A stretch of DNA of 64,000 bases from a virus. Within the stretch, counting starts at the first letter, position 1. Each line of letters starts with the position of its first letter. Below the pieces are notes generated by a model, which had not been told where the DNA came from, did no database searches, and saw only the letters and a list, made by a program, of their open reading frames with translations. The DNA lies in the IMG/VR virus record IMGVR_UViG_3300029258_002856. The stretch is one strand, 5' to 3'. The position numbers were made by a program, and so were the translations under genes. Positions 19,488-29,602 of the stretch are shown piece after piece.

Positions 19488-22166
19488 CTAACCGCAGACC
19501 CCATCATTATACGAGCAGTTCCTACACGTTGAACAGAGGCCTGTCCGTACGAGCGGATGTCCGCATTGGGGGCACATGTCCTCACTCAAGTCTGGGATGT
19601 CATCGTCTTCTGGTATGATGGATGACAGGAGTTCGTCGTCTCCTCCTTCCATATGTGCGACTTCTTCTTGCTCTCCCTCGTCTAAGAACCGTTCTTTCAT
19701 CCACCGGGCGATGTAGTCCATGATGGATTTGGCGGTTGGTATCTTTGGGTTAGGAGTGAACCCGGCCGGAGGGAATTTCGACGCTTCCATGTGGGAGATA
19801 AGTTCTTCTAGTGGGATGTTGTACTGCAATGCTTTGGAGAACAATGTAGCATAGCTGTCGAGAAGTCCTCCGACTGTTGACCCGAATCGTGCCATCCGGA
19901 TGAACAACTCGATTGGTTCCTCGGTGAGGGGGTCGAGGCCGACGTGGAAGTACCCGTGGTACGTTCCGATGGTGAACTTGTGGCGTAAGGTTTCAACGTC
20001 GTCTGGGGGCTGTTGGCGCTGGGGTACTTGTCGGACAATCTCCTTTTCTTTGAGCTCCCGGATGCGCAGGGGCTCACTCATCTTGGAACCGCTTCGGTAG
20101 ATGGTGATGCACTTGAGGCCCCGCTCCCAGGCTTTCAAGAAGGTGCGCTCGATGTCTGCAACCGTGCTGTTGGTCGACATGTTGAACGTTTTAGAAACGG
20201 CACCGGACAGAAAGGGCTGCACTGCGGCTACCATGTTGATGTGTCCGTCGATGGTGATACACCGCTCTTGTCCCGGCATTGTGAGTGCGCAGTCGAATAC
20301 GGGAAGATGATTATCGGGAAGCTGTGAACCCTCGAGATGCCCATGCTCTTCGATGTAGTCGAGGAGGGTGTGGATAATGTCCCTTTCGTATCCCAGTGAC
20401 ATCAGCGCCGAAGTTACGTTAGGGTTGGCGTAGGACATGACGCCTCCGCCGACCATGATTTTTGTTTTCTGGAGCCCGATGTCCGGTTCAATGCCTGTTG
20501 TGGCGCAGTCCATCATGTAGGCGGTGGTGCCGGTTGGGGCGAGGAGGGTTACCTGGGCATTCCGGAATCCCGTTCCCTTGTCGACTGATTTCCTTCGCCC
20601 GATGCCTACCCCGAGTACCTCTTGCCAGAGACTTACTGCTTTTCCGGACAATCCCAGCACGTCTTTGCGTAAGCTACGAGTAGTAGACGCGTGGGTGTCC
20701 AGCACGTCTTCCATGTAGTTTTTATTAGCTTCGTAGCGTGAGAAGGGTCCCAGCTGGTCGGCGATGCGGCTGCTCATGATGTAGGCTTCAGCGGTCATCA
20801 TGCTTGTAATCGACGCCGCCACGTCGCGTCCCTCTTCGCTATCGTAAGGGAGTGCCATGTGCATCAGGAGGCCTCCGAGATTGGCGTAACCCAATCCAAG
20901 AGGGCGATAGGCATGGCTGCTCTTCTCAATCTCTTCGGTGGGGTATCCAGCGGTTTCTATCAGGATATCCTGTGCGAGAATCATCACGTCTACAACGTGC
21001 CGGAAGTGTTTGTGGTCGAAAGTGCGTGCATCCACGAGAAATTTATCCAGGTTGATGCTTGCCAGGTTGCATGCGGAGTTGTTGAGCCACATGAATTCAG
21101 AGCATGGGTTACTGGCCTCGATGGTGCCGTCTGCGGCACAGGTATTGTAGCGGTTAACGGTATCGTGGAATTGAATACCCGGGTCCCCACAAGCGTGCGC
21201 AGCTTCGGCTAGCTGGTGGAACAGCTCCTTCACTGACACAACGTCCGCGACGGTTCCGTCAACCCGGTTTTTCAGCTCCCAGAACTCGTCGGGCTTGTAG
21301 CCGTGCAGCACGTCCTTTACGAGTTGCATGAAATCATCAGTTACACGAACGGAGTTGTTACCGCTCTGGTGTTTGGCGATGGAGTAGGCGCTGTCGATGT
21401 CGTGAAATTCTGTGGACATCCCGGCCTCTGCCAGGATGGAAACAATCTGCTCCTGGTCAGCTTTGCAGGTGATGAACTTCACGATGTCGGGGTGGTCGAT
21501 GTTGAGGATGACCATCCGGGCCGCGCGTCGAGTGCGCCCTCCGGACAGGATGACGTTGGCGAACGCATCATAGCCCTGCATGAAGGACACAGGACCGGAG
21601 GCTCTCCCGCCGCCCCGGATAGACTCGTTGGAGCCGCGGAGAGATGAGAGGTTGACTCCGCTGCCGGAGCCGTCCTTGAAAATCATGCCTTCGGTCTGGG
21701 CTAGCTGGAGGATGGAGGGCATGCTGTCTTCCACCGAGTTAATGAAGCACGCGGATGCCTGAGGGTTTTCTACTCCCGGAACCCCGACGTTGAACCAGAC
21801 TGGGCTGTTGAAGGTGGCGAGTTGGTTAACCAGGATGTAGCGCAGCTCGTTGGCGAAGATGTCGGCGTCTTCTTCCTCCTTGAAGTATTCCTGCTCCTGG
21901 CCGCTCTTCTTGATGGCGGAAACTACGCGTTCCACCATCTGTTTGACGCTCACCTCTTTTTCTTCCGCTATCCGTGATTCCCGGAAGTATTTGCTAGCAA
22001 CGATTTGTTTGGCCTGGTCGGACCAGGTAGCGGGGAATTCAGCGTTGCGGCACTCGTAAACGATGTCACCGTCTGTTGAGTATGTACGCACATCTTCTGT
22101 GGTCCAAGAAACGTCATCGTAAACATCGGTGTCGACTTCGGTGAAAAGTCGTGCGACTTTCGGCAT
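19488..22166 (-). CDS. nrdJ: Vitamin B12-dependent class II ribonucleotide reductase with C-terminal TSCPD-like and Zn-ribbon region
   Basis: TFNSPVWFN, QASACFI, GSGSGVN, GGRTRRAARM, EASNPCSEF, CNLASINL, LAPTGT, SGAVSKTFN; C-terminal CPQC..CSTCRNC. Confidence 0.95.
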   Translation of the reverse strand: MPKVARLFTEVDTDVYDDVSWTTEDVRTYSTDGDIVYECRNAEFPATWSDQAKQIVASKYFRESRIAEEKEVSVKQMVERVVSAIKKSGQEQEYFKEEEDADIFANELRYILVNQLATFNSPVWFNVGVPGVENPQASACFINSVEDSMPSILQLAQTEGMIFKDGSGSGVNLSSLRGSNESIRGGGRASGPVSFMQGYDAFANVILSGGRTRRAARMVILNIDHPDIVKFITCKADQEQIVSILAEAGMSTEFHDIDSAYSIAKHQSGNNSVRVTDDFMQLVKDVLHGYKPDEFWELKNRVDGTVADVVSVKELFHQLAEAAHACGDPGIQFHDTVNRYNTCAADGTIEASNPCSEFMWLNNSACNLASINLDKFLVDARTFDHKHFRHVVDVMILAQDILIETAGYPTEEIEKSSHAYRPLGLGYANLGGLLMHMALPYDSEEGRDVAASITSMMTAEAYIMSSRIADQLGPFSRYEANKNYMEDVLDTHASTTRSLRKDVLGLSGKAVSLWQEVLGVGIGRRKSVDKGTGFRNAQVTLLAPTGTTAYMMDCATTGIEPDIGLQKTKIMVGGGVMSYANPNVTSALMSLGYERDIIHTLLDYIEEHGHLEGSQLPDNHLPVFDCALTMPGQERCITIDGHINMVAAVQPFLSGAVSKTFNMSTNSTVADIERTFLKAWERGLKCITIYRSGSKMSEPLRIRELKEKEIVRQVPQRQQPPDDVETLRHKFTIGTYHGYFHVGLDPLTEEPIELFIRMARFGSTVGGLLDSYATLFSKALQYNIPLEELISHMEASKFPPAGFTPNPKIPTAKSIMDYIARWMKERFLDEGEQEEVAHMEGGDDELLSSIIPEDDDIPDLSEDMCPQCGHPLVRTGLCSTCRNCSYNDGVCG

Positions 22167-22178
22167 CTGTTGTTCCTC

Positions 22179-22763
22179 CTAAAAATCGGTCTGCCGCTGC
22201 GGTGCGGAACGGTCCTTTCCTTTGGGGTTTCTTATACCGTGAATTACTTCGACTTGATGACGCTTACGCAAGGTAGGAGTGGGTTTCCCGAAGAGTGCGT
22301 GCGCCATATGCGCTAACCAAGCGGCGTCGGCTTCGTCGTCGGTCAGCTGCTTATCCCATTCTTTTTCGGCGGCCAGTTGCATGTTCTGCTTGCCGCACGA
22401 GCCATGCCCCGTCGTGTAGCGCTTCAGCTGCGTTGGGGGTACGACGTAGATCGGGCAGCTGAAGTCCGCGACCGCTACGGCGTAAACCCCGCGTATTTGT
22501 CCCAGGTCATCGGCGCGGTTGATTGCCTCGAGTGCCGGACCTTCAATGCACGCACCGGTAATCGTGTATTTGAGATACACGGAATGCAGAATCATACGCA
22601 GTTGGTCGCGTAAATCCTGCAACCGGAGAATGCCGCGTTGCTGGCTTTGCAATACATGTGTTTGGAGCTGCACGGAGGTTTCGTCGACCTTGATGATTGC
22701 TAAACCGGTGTGGCGTAAAGCGGGGTCGACCCCTACGTAGCTTCTTGACGTTGTATCGGGCAT
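22179..22763 (-). CDS. ruvC: RuvC-like Holliday junction resolvase
   Basis: YVGVDPALRHTG, ACIEG, PTQLKRYTTGHG...K, DDEADAAWLA. Confidence 0.85.
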   Translation of the reverse strand: MPDTTSRSYVGVDPALRHTGLAIIKVDETSVQLQTHVLQSQQRGILRLQDLRDQLRMILHSVYLKYTITGACIEGPALEAINRADDLGQIRGVYAVAVADFSCPIYVVPPTQLKRYTTGHGSCGKQNMQLAAEKEWDKQLTDDEADAAWLAHMAHALFGKPTPTLRKRHQVEVIHGIRNPKGKDRSAPQRQTDF

Positions 22764-22773
22764 GGCCTACTAT
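22745..22773 (+). promoter_or_regulatory. Sigma70-type promoter for the 22808 operon
   Basis: TTGACG (22745-22750), 17 bp spacer, TACTAT (22768-22773). Confidence 0.55.
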
Positions 22774-22807
22774 TTTTGACAGAAAAACACGGGAAGGTCA
22801 AATGTAA

Positions 22808-23458
22808 ATGGCCAAAATAACTATCGAATATGACAAGGCAATTCTTGCCAACGGCTACTTCATGAAAACGATGGTGAAGCCGTTCCCGGACACCGAACCT
22901 GCCGGGGATTTGGAAGAGTGTCTCGTCATTCAAGAAGCGAGCTACACGCAAGACGAGCGCATCCTCCGGGTGGCGGAGCCCACAGAACTCGTGGAGTTCG
23001 CGGTTGCGGACCCATTGGTATTTTTCCGGTCATCGGAAATCGGAGCGTTGACGGTTCCGGCCGGGTATACTCTGCGCCTCCCCATGCAGCCGGAGTGGGT
23101 GCATCTCGGTTACGTGGGAGATTACATCGATTTTGAAATCACGGGACAGGTTGGAGAGATAATTCAAGTAGCAACTGCAATACCCTCGTTCTATCGAGGA
23201 GACTTCCTCCTCTTCAGTGTTTACCCCGTGCCGCCTCTGATGGCTCCTTGGTATGCCGGAACTATCGGCTATGCGTTGCGCAACGATGCGGGCGCTGCTG
23301 AAACCCTTCGCATTGATGAGCACGTTGACATGTTCAGCGACATTGTGACGGGGGCGAACAAGCAGACCATCCTGGGGGCACAAGCACAGGCGTTAGTGGA
23401 CGCCACGAATGTCGACGAAGAGTCCTTCTCGGGCACTGACACCGAGGTATACGAATGA
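22808..23458 (+). CDS. Hypothetical protein, paralog family A (with central insert)
   Basis: Shares RV..P..L and C-terminal LV....F.GT....YE patterns with the next two genes. Confidence 0.65.
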   Translation: MAKITIEYDKAILANGYFMKTMVKPFPDTEPAGDLEECLVIQEASYTQDERILRVAEPTELVEFAVADPLVFFRSSEIGALTVPAGYTLRLPMQPEWVHLGYVGDYIDFEITGQVGEIIQVATAIPSFYRGDFLLFSVYPVPPLMAPWYAGTIGYALRNDAGAAETLRIDEHVDMFSDIVTGANKQTILGAQAQALVDATNVDEESFSGTDTEVYE

Positions 23459-23823
23459 GCACCCTGATTGAACTCCGGGTCACTCAGACCGTTGAGGAGG
23501 GGCCGCTTTACCGCGTAAACATGGAGGTGCTTCACGCCTCTGACATCTCTCCCGATATCTTTGTGTTCGAAGTTGCCTGTGATGACTATTCGCATGTAGC
23601 AACTCCTTTTGACCTTGAGCATGTCCCTACTACTCCGGAAGTTGCTGAAAATGACGGCATCAACTATTATCGACAGCGCACTGTAACAAAGGACTTTGAC
23701 ACTGTGGATGCCGCTCGAGAGTTTTCGACGTATACGCGAGGGCGTGTCGGCTATCTGGTACGTGAGTATCCGAAGGTCGTTGGTGACTTCGAGGGTACAC
23801 ACGACTACACCTACGAGGATTAG
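23455..23823 (+). CDS. Hypothetical protein, paralog family A (stand-alone domain)
   Basis: IFVFEV..VATPFDLE..DGINYYR..KDFDT.D.A..R..FEG aligns with the N-terminus of 23826. Confidence 0.7.
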   Translation: MSTLIELRVTQTVEEGPLYRVNMEVLHASDISPDIFVFEVACDDYSHVATPFDLEHVPTTPEVAENDGINYYRQRTVTKDFDTVDAAREFSTYTRGRVGYLVREYPKVVGDFEGTHDYTYED

Positions 23824-23825
23824 CG

Positions 23826-24887
23826 ATGACGATGGCCCCCACGATTGTAAATCAGGAGCGCCAGCAGGAACTGCTGTCAGACGGCACGCTCAAGTACGTC
23901 ATCCTCTCCACGGTCACGGACCCTGGAGAACTCCCGCACACGCACCTCTTTGTGTTTCAAATCGTGGATACCGTCGATCCCAAGGACGACATCTTCCTTC
24001 GGGTGGGGAACCCTTACGACCTTGAAAATGTAAACGTCAGCCGCATCGACGCCGTGGACGACGGGGAGCAGTACTACCTGGCCTCGGAGTTACGTAAAGA
24101 GTACAAGACTCTCGACACTGCTCTTGACGCCAAGGATGCCATCAATTCGCGCATCAATGATGCCGTCAAGGCGTGGTACTCCTACATCACGGAGTTCGAA
24201 GGGTCGGACACCGAGGACTATCCGACTACGGACCCCTCGTACGAGCAAGCACTCAAGGATGCCTATGCGACTGCAAAAGAGAACCGGAAGGCGGCGGAGG
24301 ACGCAGTTACCGCGTCGGACACGGCGCTCACGCTGGCGCAGTCGGAAGCGTCTCTGGCTCAGCAGAAAGTCCAAATCTATGCGAATGAAGTCGAGTTCTG
24401 TGAGACTGCCCGGGTTACATACTGGGTCACCTACTACGGCGCTGTCGGCTCCTACACCCCCGAGGTCACTAACCTACGCAACAACTACCAGTCCTACATC
24501 GAGGATATCGTTGCGGCGTATGATGCAGCAAATACGAACCCATATCCGAATCCTCCCACGGCTCCAGGGTGGAACCCCGTCTGGACGGCTCTGAACACCC
24601 ACTTCTCCGACCCCTCGGACTTCACTACTGGCCCGCAGGCCACGTTCCAGGAGAAGGAGAACTTCGGCAGCCTCCTGGACAGTGCGTTTGCATCCTTCTG
24701 TTCCAACGCGGCGGCCAATCATGCAGCGGCCCTCAGCGAGAAGCAGCTCAAGGACCAAGACGTCGCGGATGCTGTCACAGCAAAAGAAGAGGCAGAGGCC
24801 GCGTTGGTTGCGGCCCAGCAGGCAGAGGACGAAGCCTTAGCAGCAGTGCTTGCTGTCTGCCCGGACTTCGACCCACTGTCTGTCTAG
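23826..24887 (+). CDS. Hypothetical protein, paralog family A domain plus Ala-rich coiled coil
   Basis: LFVFQI..VGNPYDLE..DGEQYY..KEYKTLD.A..R..FEG, then heptad-like Ala-rich helices. Confidence 0.7.
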   Translation: MTMAPTIVNQERQQELLSDGTLKYVILSTVTDPGELPHTHLFVFQIVDTVDPKDDIFLRVGNPYDLENVNVSRIDAVDDGEQYYLASELRKEYKTLDTALDAKDAINSRINDAVKAWYSYITEFEGSDTEDYPTTDPSYEQALKDAYATAKENRKAAEDAVTASDTALTLAQSEASLAQQKVQIYANEVEFCETARVTYWVTYYGAVGSYTPEVTNLRNNYQSYIEDIVAAYDAANTNPYPNPPTAPGWNPVWTALNTHFSDPSDFTTGPQATFQEKENFGSLLDSAFASFCSNAAANHAAALSEKQLKDQDVADAVTAKEEAEAALVAAQQAEDEALAAVLAVCPDFDPLSV

Positions 24888-24890
24888 CCT

Positions 24891-26228
24891 CTATCGGTGT
24901 AGGTACGGTACTTCCCTCCAGTGTTTGTAGAAGTCGCTGAAGCTCTGGACGGTTGCCGTCCAGGCTAGGGGGCGTCGTCCGCCCCAGTTGAAATGTAATT
25001 CGATGGCATCTCCGTAGCTAGGGACCATCGTCAGGATGCTGTAACTTGTTTTCACCCATCCGCATTGTTTGTACGGGCTGCGGTCGATGTGCGCGGCGCA
25101 GGCTAGAAGGGCTTTGCGCTTCTTCGTCATGCGCCCGCGCCACTCGGGCCAACTTCGGTCGTAGCCGTATTCCGAGAGGACGTGTTTCGCCTCTTTGAAA
25201 GACGAGAAAGCCACGTCGATGTTGTTGCTGTTGGCAGTGCGGTAACGCAGGCCGAACCGCAAGATGTTCTTGTGGGTACGCCAGTCGTAGTCGATGTAGA
25301 AGCTCCCCACGCAGATGTGGCGGTCGAATCGCTCGGATAGTTCTCCGCTGTTCGCTAGAAGATACCGAAGCTGTGCGTCATTGAAGGGGATGTGCACCTT
25401 AGAGAGTACCTCTTCCGCGGCCTCGTCTTCCGTTTGTGCGAATGCTCCTGCGCAGCGGGCTATCTGCCAGCGCTCGGCGTAACAGAGACATCCCGCGTGC
25501 ACCAGGCAAGTAGGACACACTTCGCGGCGAAAACGGTTAACACGGTTGCGTTCCACGGCAGCATCGGAGGTCCGGTGGGAGTTCTCTGCGACCACGGAGA
25601 AGTCGTGCGCATCCAACGGGCGTTTCAGTTTGGCGAACACCGTCTCCCGGTCCCACCCTTCAGGTTTCGTCAGCATGGGGCTGATGTATGTGAAGGGGCC
25701 GATCTTCGTCACCGAAGATTGGAGGACTTCTCCGTTGAGTTCGTCCACGTCTGCGCCGTCATAGTCCGGGGTCGAGTACCCATCGTGGAGATAACGTCGG
25801 ATAGCACAAAGGCGCGGCATGTCATAGGCCGGAAGCTCCGCGCAGCCGTTGCACCCGATGATGTATTTGTGAGGGAGAGGGCACTCTTCGTACACCTCGT
25901 AGGGGTGAAACTTTCTCGCGGAATCCCGATTGAGGATGTAGACGTACTCTCCCATGCGTGAAGTGTGTATGCGCGAGATAACGTCATCCCCGATATCTCC
26001 AGCGATTCGGATAACCGGATGCGGGAGACTCCCGCGGTGCACGTACATGATGCACGGATAGCCGAGTACGTCGTGGACCAATTGACTCTCGGACAGGAGT
26101 TTCAGATTCTCGGGGGTGACTATCTGTTGCGACGTGTCCAGGGTGGAGAACAGCAATTCCGGGTAATCGTCATCCACGCAGAACGTGAAGACCTCACGCA
26201 ATTTGTACGCTGGCAATCTGGCTGTCAT
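24891..26228 (-). CDS. Hypothetical Cys-cluster protein downstream of the RT
   Basis: 445 aa; start overlaps the RT stop by 35 nt; CNGC..C and CPTC..GC.C..C clusters. Confidence 0.7.
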   Translation of the reverse strand: MTARLPAYKLREVFTFCVDDDYPELLFSTLDTSQQIVTPENLKLLSESQLVHDVLGYPCIMYVHRGSLPHPVIRIAGDIGDDVISRIHTSRMGEYVYILNRDSARKFHPYEVYEECPLPHKYIIGCNGCAELPAYDMPRLCAIRRYLHDGYSTPDYDGADVDELNGEVLQSSVTKIGPFTYISPMLTKPEGWDRETVFAKLKRPLDAHDFSVVAENSHRTSDAAVERNRVNRFRREVCPTCLVHAGCLCYAERWQIARCAGAFAQTEDEAAEEVLSKVHIPFNDAQLRYLLANSGELSERFDRHICVGSFYIDYDWRTHKNILRFGLRYRTANSNNIDVAFSSFKEAKHVLSEYGYDRSWPEWRGRMTKKRKALLACAAHIDRSPYKQCGWVKTSYSILTMVPSYGDAIELHFNWGGRRPLAWTATVQSFSDFYKHWREVPYLHR

Positions 26229-27384
26229 GTTCCCACATTTTCATCGCAGCGTCGAAGTTCTCGCGGAGTCGCGCACCTCGCTCGGGGTTAACTTGCATGG
26301 CGTAGTTCACTTTACCGCGGAGCCAGTCTTGTAATTGCGCCGGAGACTCCTTCCCGGCCCGGAGGTACTGAGTATCGAAACCATGCGCCAGGCAGTTATA
26401 GGTCAGGGAGCGCAAGGAAATGTACTCTTCTCGGGGGATGTTGGGGTGCCGGTTAAATACGATGCCCAATAGTTGCTTTCGATAATAGCTGCTGGAGATT
26501 CGGGTTTTGCGTTTGTTTACGGCGTAACCGGCTCGGTGGCAGATGTTCATTAGCTTGGCGACGATTTTCCGCTTCTCGGTGAGCGGGAGGTTCTCCCCGC
26601 ACGTGAAGGCGAGGTCGTCGGCGTAGCGGGTGTAGGTCCAACGCCATTCGCCCGCGAGACCCATCTGGATGTTCAGCTCATCTAAGTAGTCGAGGATGGG
26701 ACGGTCGAGAATCCAATCGGCAATGAGGTTACAGATGGCACCGGACGCAGGACTCCCCTGTGGGACTCCAGAGTAGAACTGCTTCTCGTCTTCCCGCTGA
26801 TGCGTGGTTCCGTATCGTCGGTTGGGGATGTCGGACACCGTGAGGAGGTTCGCCATCAGGTCAGACACGAAATGGTTGTAGCCGATGACCTCGTTGAAGT
26901 AGCGACGAATCCAAGAGCGCCGCGTGCTGTGAAAGAAGTCTCGAAGGTCGAGGTTGATGTACGTGCCTTTGCGGGGGCACTTGTGCGTAGGTGCTGTTTC
27001 GCTGACGGGCAGTGCGTCGCAGATGGAGCACTGCGGGACGTGAGCACTGACGGCCATCCGGGTGGAAATACCTCGTCGGTACGCGGTAACGTGCTCGCCG
27101 AGGTCTCTCTGCAACGGCACCAGTATCTTGGTGTGGAACTGTCGCAGCATCACCTTCATGAGCGGGCTCGGGGCGTGGATTATGCGCTTCTGCCCATTCT
27201 TCTTTGGGATGTAGTAGACGTGATATTGCTCCTTTTTCTGCGTAATGACGTACCACAGTACCTTGTTGCGAAATCCCAGGAGGAAGGCGAGGCCGCAATC
27301 GTCGAAGATTGCGTGCGCTCGCTCTCCCATCACATCGGGGACCTGGATTTCATCTACGGAAGTGAACCTGAAGCCGTAGGACAT
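26194..27384 (-). CDS. Reverse transcriptase, retron-like
   Basis: YIPKKNG.KRIIHAP..LMK, YINLDLRDFFHS, GVPQGSPASGAICN, YTRYADDLAF, GYAVN.RKT; region X variant MAVSAH, region Y variant QLLGIVFN; retron-like thumb LRGKVNY..VNP..G. Confidence 0.92.
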   Translation of the reverse strand: MSYGFRFTSVDEIQVPDVMGERAHAIFDDCGLAFLLGFRNKVLWYVITQKKEQYHVYYIPKKNGQKRIIHAPSPLMKVMLRQFHTKILVPLQRDLGEHVTAYRRGISTRMAVSAHVPQCSICDALPVSETAPTHKCPRKGTYINLDLRDFFHSTRRSWIRRYFNEVIGYNHFVSDLMANLLTVSDIPNRRYGTTHQREDEKQFYSGVPQGSPASGAICNLIADWILDRPILDYLDELNIQMGLAGEWRWTYTRYADDLAFTCGENLPLTEKRKIVAKLMNICHRAGYAVNKRKTRISSSYYRKQLLGIVFNRHPNIPREEYISLRSLTYNCLAHGFDTQYLRAGKESPAQLQDWLRGKVNYAMQVNPERGARLRENFDAAMKMWEHDSQIASVQIA

Positions 27385-27388
27385 GAGG

Positions 27389-28021
27389 CTATCCTCCTAC
27401 TTCCTCGGAAGACTGTTTCTCGCTGCGGGCGTTGTAGCTGTCGTACGGCAATTCCGTATCGACGTTCTTCAGGCAGAGCTGTGTCCCCGGACGACACTTG
27501 CCTTCGTAGTAGTCCATGATGTTGGTGCACACCGCACAAAAGAGTCCGATTTCTCGAGTCGGAGTGAACAACGTCACCTGGGGCATGTTGATCTCTTTGT
27601 CGATATTGCGAAATACTGCCTGAGACTGCACATACCCGACAAACGAATTGATGGCTTCACGGTCCTTGTAGCGCCCTCGAACGTGCGTGGGCACGACAAT
27701 CATCCACTCGTTGAGGTCTGTCAGCCATGAGATGTATCCTCCTGCCGAGACGACGATGTACTCGAAGAGGTTGTCGTTCCGGAGCTGACTGATGGTTCGG
27801 GTTTTGTCCACACGCACGTTTTTGATGGCCTGGCGCAAATCCTCGTCCAGCGGCAGCATGAAGAAGTAGCGAAACATCTTCTGTGCCAATGGGAGGTCGT
27901 TACGTTTCATCAGGTAGAAGCGGTCGTAGGGGAAGTAGAGATAGGGGGTCTTCGTCCCCAACTCTTCATTCCCCTGAACCTGCCGCTGGCAAAGTTTTAC
28001 GCAGTAAATTGTTTTGGGCAT
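27389..28021 (-). CDS. Hypothetical protein with C-terminal Cys cluster, upstream of the RT
   Basis: 210 aa; CAVC-x10-C-x6-C; 4 nt gap to the RT and 2 nt gap to the vWA gene. Confidence 0.7.
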   Translation of the reverse strand: MPKTIYCVKLCQRQVQGNEELGTKTPYLYFPYDRFYLMKRNDLPLAQKMFRYFFMLPLDEDLRQAIKNVRVDKTRTISQLRNDNLFEYIVVSAGGYISWLTDLNEWMIVVPTHVRGRYKDREAINSFVGYVQSQAVFRNIDKEINMPQVTLFTPTREIGLFCAVCTNIMDYYEGKCRPGTQLCLKNVDTELPYDSYNARSEKQSSEEVGG

Positions 28022-28023
28022 TG

Positions 28024-29602
28024 TTATCCCTTGATACGGAGTACCCGCTGCATCTCGGGGGTCTCAGCGCCGTTGCTGGTGAGCGCCCAGATGAGCGGTA
28101 CGGGTGGTTCGTAGTCCGGAATCGGACCGGCGGGGCTCTGGACTGGCGCGTAACCGTCGGTGAGCATCACCACCAGGTCAGCGTTGGGAATGCCCTCCGT
28201 GATGCGCTCAGCTCCCTCGAGCCAGTCTGAGTCTTCGTCTTTGCCCATGACGCGCTTGAGCGCGGGCTTGAAACACGTACCGCCATAGCCGTAGCGATAC
28301 GCTCGATTGCTGGCGAACTCCTCGCTGTCCTCGTCCAAGAGTGCTTCGTGCTGGATGGCGTGGTCGAAGGCGATGAACTGTACGGACACTCCCTGCTCCG
28401 CGTCGAGGATGCCTTTGATTTCCGACATGAATTTGGTGTACTCGTCGTCGGAAACCGAGCCGGAGGTGTCCACGCAGACTGCGATGTGGAAGGTGAAGTC
28501 TCGCTGGTAGTACGGGAAGGGCTCGATACCCTCTCCAGCGAGGTGCATCATGCCGGGGTTTGGCATCACGACGCTCTCCTGGAGCTTCGCGGAAATAGCG
28601 GATTTCATCATGCCGCGGAAGACAATCTCCCACGGGATGGTCGGCTCTTCGAGCAGCCGGTCGATGAGGTGCTGGAGGTGCCCGGGAACGGTGCCCCGGC
28701 TCTTGGCGGTCTGCTCTACTGCGGACTCCACGATGCGCTTCCCGTCGCGCTTGGCTTGCTCGATGGCACGCTCACGCTCCGAGTCGGTCATCTCATCGAA
28801 CTCCTGATTCCAATCCAGGTGTCGCGGGAGCTGCTTGTCGAGCAGGTCACGGAACCAGGACGGTACCCGGGGGTCCTGGGACATGATGTCTCCCGGTCCG
28901 AGCTTGGGGTCAGGGCGATTCTGTTGTTGCTCGTCGCCTTCCCCCTCTCCCTCCCCCGGCTGCGGTTGCTGGCTACCGCCTCCGCCACCTCCACCTCCGC
29001 CACCGCCGCCGGATTGCTGCTGCTCTTCTTCTCCGTCCCCGCCTCCACCTTGGGCGGCTCCCTCGAAGGTACCCTCGCTGTACTCCCCGACGTCGAAGCC
29101 GTTCTTCTGGAGGTCCTCGAGGAGCAACTTGAGGTAGGTCTCCATGTACTGGTCACGGGGGTAGTTGCGACTCTCCGGCCAGCACAGCTTCTTCTCCAGG
29201 TCGGCGAAGTGCGCGGGGTTCTCGGCCAGGAACGGTCGAACCGCTACGTCATTCGCAGCCATGTCCATGGCGATGTTGAATACCGGTTGGAAGCGCCGGA
29301 ACTTTTCGGGGGAGTCGAAGTTGATGCGGTAGCGCATGATGCGTGGGATGTGCTCCAGCACCAGGTGCGCTGCCTCGTGAACCACGACCAGAATCTGCGA
29401 CTCCCGAGGTAGAGAGCCGAACCAATCTGGGTCGTAGATGAAAAGGTACTTCCCTTGTGGCGTGATGGAGACCGCAGCGGTCTGTAGGCCGCGTGCTACG
29501 ATTCGGGAGCACCCGTTGAGAATCCGGCCGTAGAAGTTATTTCCGCCGCGTGGACTGCATGCCCATTGCAGCACTTCGCTCAGTGCATTTCCCTCACCCA
29601 TA
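28024..29602 (-). CDS. Metallopeptidase-like (HExxH) plus vWA domain protein (DUF2201-like)
   Basis: VVVHEAAH zincin motif; vWA MIDAS VCVDTSGSV and VMLTDG; Gly/Gln/Glu-rich linker; start reassigned to ATG 29602 (SD AGGAGG). Confidence 0.85.

Noticed and set aside
19488-22166. Inteins or introns in nrdJ, polA, terL or the RNAP genes
   Set aside because: Lengths and motif spacing are continuous; no C/S...HN splice junctions or LAGLIDADG/HNH inserts recognised
26194-27384. RT as part of a diversity-generating retroelement or group II intron
   Set aside because: Has PQGSP.S and a retron-like thumb rather than the DGR G..SQ motif; no TR/VR repeat pair, no maturase X or endonuclease domain, and no intron domain V noticed
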